DNA of 64,000 bases from the human T2T-CHM13v2.0 reference genome, Homo sapiens. This document shows, piece by piece, positions 54,611 to 64,000 of this stretch (its first letter is position 1; every line of letters starts with the position of its first letter). The notes beneath the pieces were generated by a model, which searched no databases, was not told where the DNA came from, and was given only the letters and a program-made list of their open reading frames with translations. A program made the translations under genes and the position numbers. The stretch is from NCBI RefSeq assembly GCF_009914755.1, contig NC_060933.1; one strand, 5' to 3'.

Positions 54611-57600
54611 TGTGCCCAAAGTGAATCCAATACCCTTTACAGGATGAAGCATGACCACTTAAGGGTCTGGACCAATGGTTCATTATGGGTTTGCTTGGAA
54701 GTTAGATTAGTGACAGAATTCTCATTATTTCCTCTTTCTCCAATATGTCTTTGTCCATGTTCAAAGCCCAGGAAAAGTAATGGGGTCTTCTCAGGAGCAT
54801 GGCATTTTTGACAATTTACATGGCAAAATATCTAAGAACTGTAACATCTGATCAACACCAAGGTGTCCCTTTCCCTGACTCGAGAGTCAGAGGATGAGGG
54901 CATATCCGCTGGAAGAATCCCACCTCCCATTCAGAGTCACTGCAGAAATGTCACCTGATGCATTACCAAACCATTAGTCAGGACCTTCAGGGCGAATTCT
55001 GGGGCCAGGAGCCTATCAGAGGGATGCAAATCTCCATGCCCTCACTTAGAGCCCAGACAGGGTTTGTGGCTCATCAAACATGCTTCCTTACTGCTCTAAT
55101 GTACCAGTGTATCGCTTAATGAAAGTTCTTAATTGTAATTCAATTAATTACATACACAGAGTCCCCAATTACATTTTCCAATAAGACATTGGCTGTGGTA
55201 CAGGTCTAAATGCACTTAAACCAATTTTAATATATTAAGACCAATTTCCCTTGAATACTAATTACTACCTAATGATAAAACGGAAAGGGGGGAACTTTTA
55301 GAGAAAGAAGAGAGTGAAAAATGCAAATCATGTGGAAGTTCTCAGCCCACACAGCACAATTCAGACACTCATTACTGAAAAGTAGCTGTGGACAAGGCAC
55401 AAGTTTGCTTCAAGACAGGTCAGCACAGCTTTTTGCCCCAGGTGTCAGCTACCCTTGGTGCTGGCCAATGCCCAAAGGGGCCTGTGGGAAGTCTAAGGGG
55501 CTAGAGGGAAAGAAAACAGGAATCACAGGGAGGGAAAGGGTCACCACACACATGCTCAGACAAGCTATGGTGTCTGTGACAGTTGGTTGGCCTCTGAGTC
55601 TCAGGCAGACACACTCAGTAATGGTGAACGCTTGTATAGTGCACTGCAGTTCACTATGGGCTTTTACTGTACACAATCTCACTGACTTGTTTCAATGGTT
55701 TAAGCCTCACAACGCTTTACAGGGTAGGGAATACCATCACATTTTGCAGCAGGGGAAATGAGGCCCACAAAGAAGGAGGACTTGTACAAGGTTACACAGT
55801 GGTGCCAAATATCCTGCCTTTATAGTGCGAACCAGTCCACATTAACCAGAGAGGAAGACAAGGACTCACAGGTATGTGGCGAATAATGTTTCTGTTTCAT
55901 TTAAATTCTAATAGCGTGCAGCAAACAGGGAGCTATTATGCAATATCGACTTGGATAAAAATCCTCACCCTACAGAAAATTCCTTACAGTGAACACCTCC
56001 CCGCTAAAGCCAGACAGGTTAACTGGCTTTCAGCAATAACAACCTAAAATATGTAAAACGAACATCACAAGTCATTTTCATTTGTAAATAAGAGTTTATT
56101 TGCATGATCACATTTTCTTGTGTATTTGAAGAGTGCTGTTGTGGTATAATAAAGGAGGTGCTTAAGTCACATGATAGAAATTGGGGAGATCAGTAATTTG
56201 TAACTGAAGGAGGCAGAGCCTCCAGAAGCAGCATGGAACCACCAGGGAGTCTCCAGAGCTGGCACAGAGCACACGCAGGAGGAAGAATCAGCCCGTTATA
56301 AATAAGCATCACAAAGAGGGTCGGAAGCACACCAGGATAAAGCTGACTTTCATCCTCTTTCTACAGCTGCTTCTTCCCTCTCTCCGTTTCTATTTTGTAG
56401 TGGTGGTGGTAGTCCAACAAAGAAACCCCTACACTTAAAGACGCTTATTCAAACCCAAGTTCTCCTTAAAAGCCATCTTGTACTTGGTCCAGTGAGAAGC
56501 CTGGAGATGTGAGGGGCTCAGGAGGCTCACTCTATCAGGGGGAAAGAGCCAGGCCTGGCCACAGACACCAGGATGCAGAGGGGACTCAGACTGGGTTCCT
56601 CTCCAGTGTGAGGGGTGGTCACAGTCTAGTGTGGGACTTGGCAAATCCATTCAGGGGAATCAGTGATCAGAGAGGAGTAAAGGTAGGAACTGTAACGAGC
56701 CCATGGAGGGGCAGCCAGGTAATCTGGGCAGCTCCTAGGAGTTGCCTCCTCTCCTGGGGCCTCAGGGGGAAAATTAAGAAGGTAAATGAGGGCTCTCAGA
56801 CTAAGACCTCTGGATGTTCTTCCTTCCCATAGTCCACCCTCCTGCATGACTACCCACCTGGTGAGTTGAGGCCCTTCCTCAGTATAACCTTAAAATTAGG
56901 AAATGAGAATTTCATTAAGTGCTGAAATAATGGATGAACTTAAACATTCTGTGAATCTCCTTCAAAAGGAAAGATCAAAGGAAGCTGAATTAATGTTTAC
57001 AGAGCAACTGAAGTCTCTCTCTACACCACCTTCTATTTAGGAAATACAATAATTAGATTCAGCTCTTTCACCAGACTTAATGAATAAAAGACAGTTTTCC
57101 AGGCCTCTCATTATTGTTCATGTGATATTAGCAAATCACTTCACCCCTCAGTTTCCTCTTCTATAAAACAAGGATGATGACTACATGGCCTAAAATGTTG
57201 TTATAATAAGAGCACTTATATCTCATTCAATTCTCACCAAATCCTTGTGAAATAGATTCATTCACCTCCATTTACACATGAAATCAGAGATGACATAATT
57301 TGTCCACTGTCACAGGCTGCAAGTGGTTCACCCAAGGTCTGCCTGATTCTAATGACTGTGCTTTAAGCACTGTGAATGACAGACTAGTCAGGGATAAAAC
57401 AGAAAGATGGTGTCTGACACTTTGTTAGTATTCCATAAAGCCAGTTTAATTTCAGGCTTATATTGGCCCTGATGATGGGAAATTCCACTTTCTCTCTTAA
57501 AGCTGTGGAAAGAATAAGTTGGTTCAAGCGGCACCTTTCTTCTAAGGACCTGCATGGACTACCTCCACATGGTTGGTGGGAAAGGTCACTGGCAACATTT

Positions 57601-58619
57601 GGCAGACAAGGGAATTGAGGCTCAGTTTGGTGCCAGGATGTATATAGAAGCTTGGACAAGAATGGAAGTCTTGTAATGTTACATCCTCCCCATAATGTAC
57701 TTGGGCTTCCTTCTGGTATGATTCCAGCTTCTAGCAGGCATTTGGCTGAAGGATGTAGTAGATTATCCGACAAGAATCCAAACTGGAAAGCTCAAGGACT
57801 TTGGCTTGTCATTTTCTTATTTAGGCCAAGATCCAAGCACAAATGTTAGCTCTCAGTACCTAGGCAGAAACTCTTGTCATATCTGCTTCATCTGTAAGCT
57901 TCTCTCTCATAGCATATAAAGACAATTGTAATAGCCATTCTTAGGACTGAAAATTCAGGTTGTTTTATCAACAATCTCAGGGTCGACTCTGGAATCAGAC
58001 ATCTGACTTAAAATTTTGGTCTTATCACTTACTGGCTGGATAACTTCGAGCAAGTCACAACCTCTCTTCACAATGAGAACAATATCTTGTAGGGTAGCCA
58101 TGAAAATTGAAAGATAAAGCATTTGCAAAATGTCTAGCACAATGCCTTACAATAGTAGGCCCAAATACGTAATTTTTAAAAACACCCTTTTCTGCAGGAC
58201 TAGGTATGATGGAAAGAAAAATAAATAAATAAAAAAGAAATAACAAAAAACATTCATTGACGTGGTTGATATAAAATATTATGCCACATTCCTCCTTGAA
58301 AGAAAAACTGAAAGGCTTCTATCCACCCTTACGGCAAACAGACTTCTCAAACAAATGGTTTTATTTATAAAGCGTATATCCATTCTGGGACACCAAAAAA
58401 TATTTGCTGGGAGGTACGCTGCTTCTAAGTTCTCTGGTCCTAGGACACAGACTTACAGACCTGCCCCCTCCCCACTCTCCTTCCCTTTCCATTCTGGGTC
58501 ACCCCCTTCTAGCCAACATACATCTCCTCGAGGGCTCTGCCAGGTCTATGACTCCAAACCTCGACACCTGTGCCCCATCTGCTCTACCAGCCACAGAATG
58601 CTGCTTTTCCATTATTTAT

Positions 58620-58830
58620 TAATTACAGTTAACATTTATTGAGTACTTATTATGTGCTGTTCTACGAGCTGTATGATTATTAGAGCTTACTGAATCCTAT
58701 CAATCTTATGAGGGCAGATAAACTACCCAAGAAAGGTTAAGTAAATGGCCCAAGGTCACACAGCTAGTAAGTGGCAAGGCCAGGATGTGAACTGAGACAG
58801 TTCATTGACAGCACATTCTCTTTAAGGACT
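58620..58830 (-). mobile_element. MIR
   Basis: aacatttattgagtacttattatgtgc...ggttaagtaaatggcccaaggtcacacagctagtaagtggc. Confidence 0.75.
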
Positions 58831-59377
58831 GCGTAATACATGATCAGAATTTAGTCCACATCTACAATGGCTTTAAGGATAGGGAGGCTGTTCTAATCAA
58901 ACATAGTAACAGAAATGAAAATAATTCTGCTTTTGGAATGTTTTTCTTTGCCTCAATCCACCTTCTTAATAGGCAGCTAGTGGAAAACAATGTAATTCTT
59001 AGTTGGAATTCCTACTTAAAAAATCCTTTTAAAAGCCTTTAAAATAATAAATTGTTTTCATAATTTACTTCCATTTTACAAAGACTAGTTATGATTCCAT
59101 TGATTGTGATCTTTGTAAGTGCTGGTAGGGCTTCATTTATTAACACAGTGATTTTGACTCAGAGCGTCAAAAAGTGATGGGAAGTATCTTGCAAATCCTT
59201 TAAGATGAGGATGCTGAGGCTCAGAGAGATCACATAACTGAATTAAGACCATGTTCATGTTCGGAAGTAGAGTGGGAACTAGAGCCCAGATTTCAAGGCT
59301 TTATTCACCAACCCTCACAGCTTCTCTTTCCTAATATTAGAAAACTGGGCTTATCTTTTTTCAGAAAAACTAATTGT

Positions 59378-59650
59378 GGCTGGGTTTAGTGGTTCACTCC
59401 GGTAATCCCAGTATTATGGGAGGCAGAAGCAAGCCTGGGCAACATAGCAAGACACCATCTCTACAAAAAGAAAATTAAAAAAAAACTAGCCAGGTGTGGT
59501 AGTGTGTGCCCGTAATCATGGCTACTTGGGAGGCTTAGGTGGGAGAACTGCTTGAGCCAGGGAGGTCAAGGCTGCAGTGAGCTGTGATCTCACCACTGCA
59601 CTCCAGCCTGGGTGACAGAATGAGACTCTTTCAAAAACAAACAAAAAAAT
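59378..59650 (+). mobile_element. AluJ with a left-arm deletion
   Basis: gggaggcagaagca joined to agcctgggcaacatag. Confidence 0.9.
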
Positions 59651-59757
59651 TAATTTGAAAGCACAATATACTGTGGAATACTGCATAGTAGTTAAAAAGA
59701 AATTGGTGAATTTATATGTGGAACAATATGAGTATTAATGTGGAAGAATCTCTATAA

Positions 59758-60139
<382 letters not shown>

Positions 60140-60984
60140 CCCATTTGTGTTTTTAAAAAAGGGAGGAATACAAATGTGTGTGTATAGGTATGAGTGTGCT
60201 TGTGTGTACACACACCTATGATACATACATGCATATACAAAATGTGCTTGCATATACATAGATGATCCCTGGAAAGATATGGAAGAAACCAGGAACAATT
60301 ATTGTCTCTGGAAGGGGAATTAGGGGATGGAAGAAGAGAGACTTCATTTTCACTACAGACACTTTAGTTACCTGAAATTTTTTTTACATGTATAAGTATT
60401 ACATATCCAAGAAATTTACCAAGATTCTAATAAACACCACTTTATTTGTATAACAAGGAATCAACATTTTGAAACAGAATCCACTATAAAGTTCCTACCT
60501 ATGAATTAGTTCCTCAAGTATGTTTAAGATGACAGACTTTAAAGAATGAAAAAAAATGACAGGGGCAGAGGGAGGGATTGTTCATTTCTACGGGGTAAAA
60601 ATTCCGATAAGCAAGTCACATAGGAGTGTATTGGTGTAACTTTTCCTTTGGCTCACTATGGTATGGTACTAGATATGGTATGAAATTTCAAATGTCACAA
60701 GGATTGTTACACTAAGACATTGTCTCACTATACGATCTTTATCTATGTAGACTTGCCCTTATTTCTTGTTTGCTTTTCCTTCTTACAAAGTCATGCATGC
60801 TCACCTTAGAAACTCTGGAACGAACAAATATAAACACGAAGGAAAATGAATTACCCAGAATCTTGTCAACCAGAGACAACCACTATTAACATTTTCTTTC
60901 CAGTTTTACTTTTTGTTTGTTTTTACATAGTTGGGATTCATCTATTTGTCTTGACATTTTTTCCCTTAACATTACATCACAGTT

Positions 60985-62920
<1,936 letters not shown>

Positions 62921-63197
62921 TGGGCTTTCTACCCCTGGCAAACCCTGGACTTCTTTTGTCTCCTTTCCTCTAAAGGCTATCCACAACCCAGCTCAACCTT
63001 TAGGCTGCACTGCCAGACAGGCAGATAATGTCCAGGCAAAAGCGCTCGTAGGCGTTGATCTCTTTTGTTTCAACCTTTTCCCAGACATGGCCATTGATTC
63101 TTTTCTATCTTGTGCTCTTTGATGACTTTAGGATGACCATTTGTTTAATCAGCTTTTTAAGTTACCTTCAGTGGAAGAGTTGGTTCAAATTACTTAG

Positions 63198-63687
<490 letters not shown>

Positions 63688-64000
63688 TCCTTAAGATAAT
63701 TTCCAAAAACAGATTTACTGGAGAAAACATTTTTAGGTCTTTCGATATTTACAGCTATATTATACTGTTATACTACAGACCCCAATGTTTGAGTATGCCT
63801 ATTTCTCCATATTCTCTCCAGCAATGAGGACTCCCTTTGAAACACCTGGCTTATTTTATATGTGGCTCTAAAATGTTTGTATTTTACAATGTTGATAAGG
63901 ATAAATATTTTCACAAATGTTTACTACTCATTTGATTTTTTGGACCATTTGGGAATCAGTGATTTTTATTTCTATGTGTATTCACAAAAGGTACTTATAA

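Overview
Hominid (almost certainly human) genomic DNA lying wholly inside MAPKAP1 (SIN1, an mTORC2 subunit), which is transcribed on the minus strand. Three coding exons were read directly with GT-AG boundaries: 44112-44252 (141 nt), 27639-27776 (138 nt) and 3717-3814 (98 nt). They splice in frame to [13 protein letters not shown]...[21 protein letters not shown]...[38 protein letters not shown], most of the SIN1 PH domain (canonical exons 9-11; numbering from memory). The rest is intron. It holds about 26 Alu/FLAM copies, one full-length SVA in the gene's sense orientation, an MLT1 LTR, Charlie/MER58/MER5/Tigger DNA transposon fossils, L1M/L2/MIR fragments and several repeat-poor, homeobox-motif-rich stretches. 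None of the ORF-track entries is a credible independent gene. I cannot demonstrate a new biological system. The best leads are: (1) a candidate in-frame 15-nt microexon at 22944-22958 that would insert QKDIG into the PH domain; (2) a ~95%-identical 135-bp duplication bracketing the skippable 141-nt exon; (3) two candidate poison exons; (4) the sense-oriented SVA as a possible exon trap. Repeat subfamilies were called by eye and the boundaries of old repeats are approximate.
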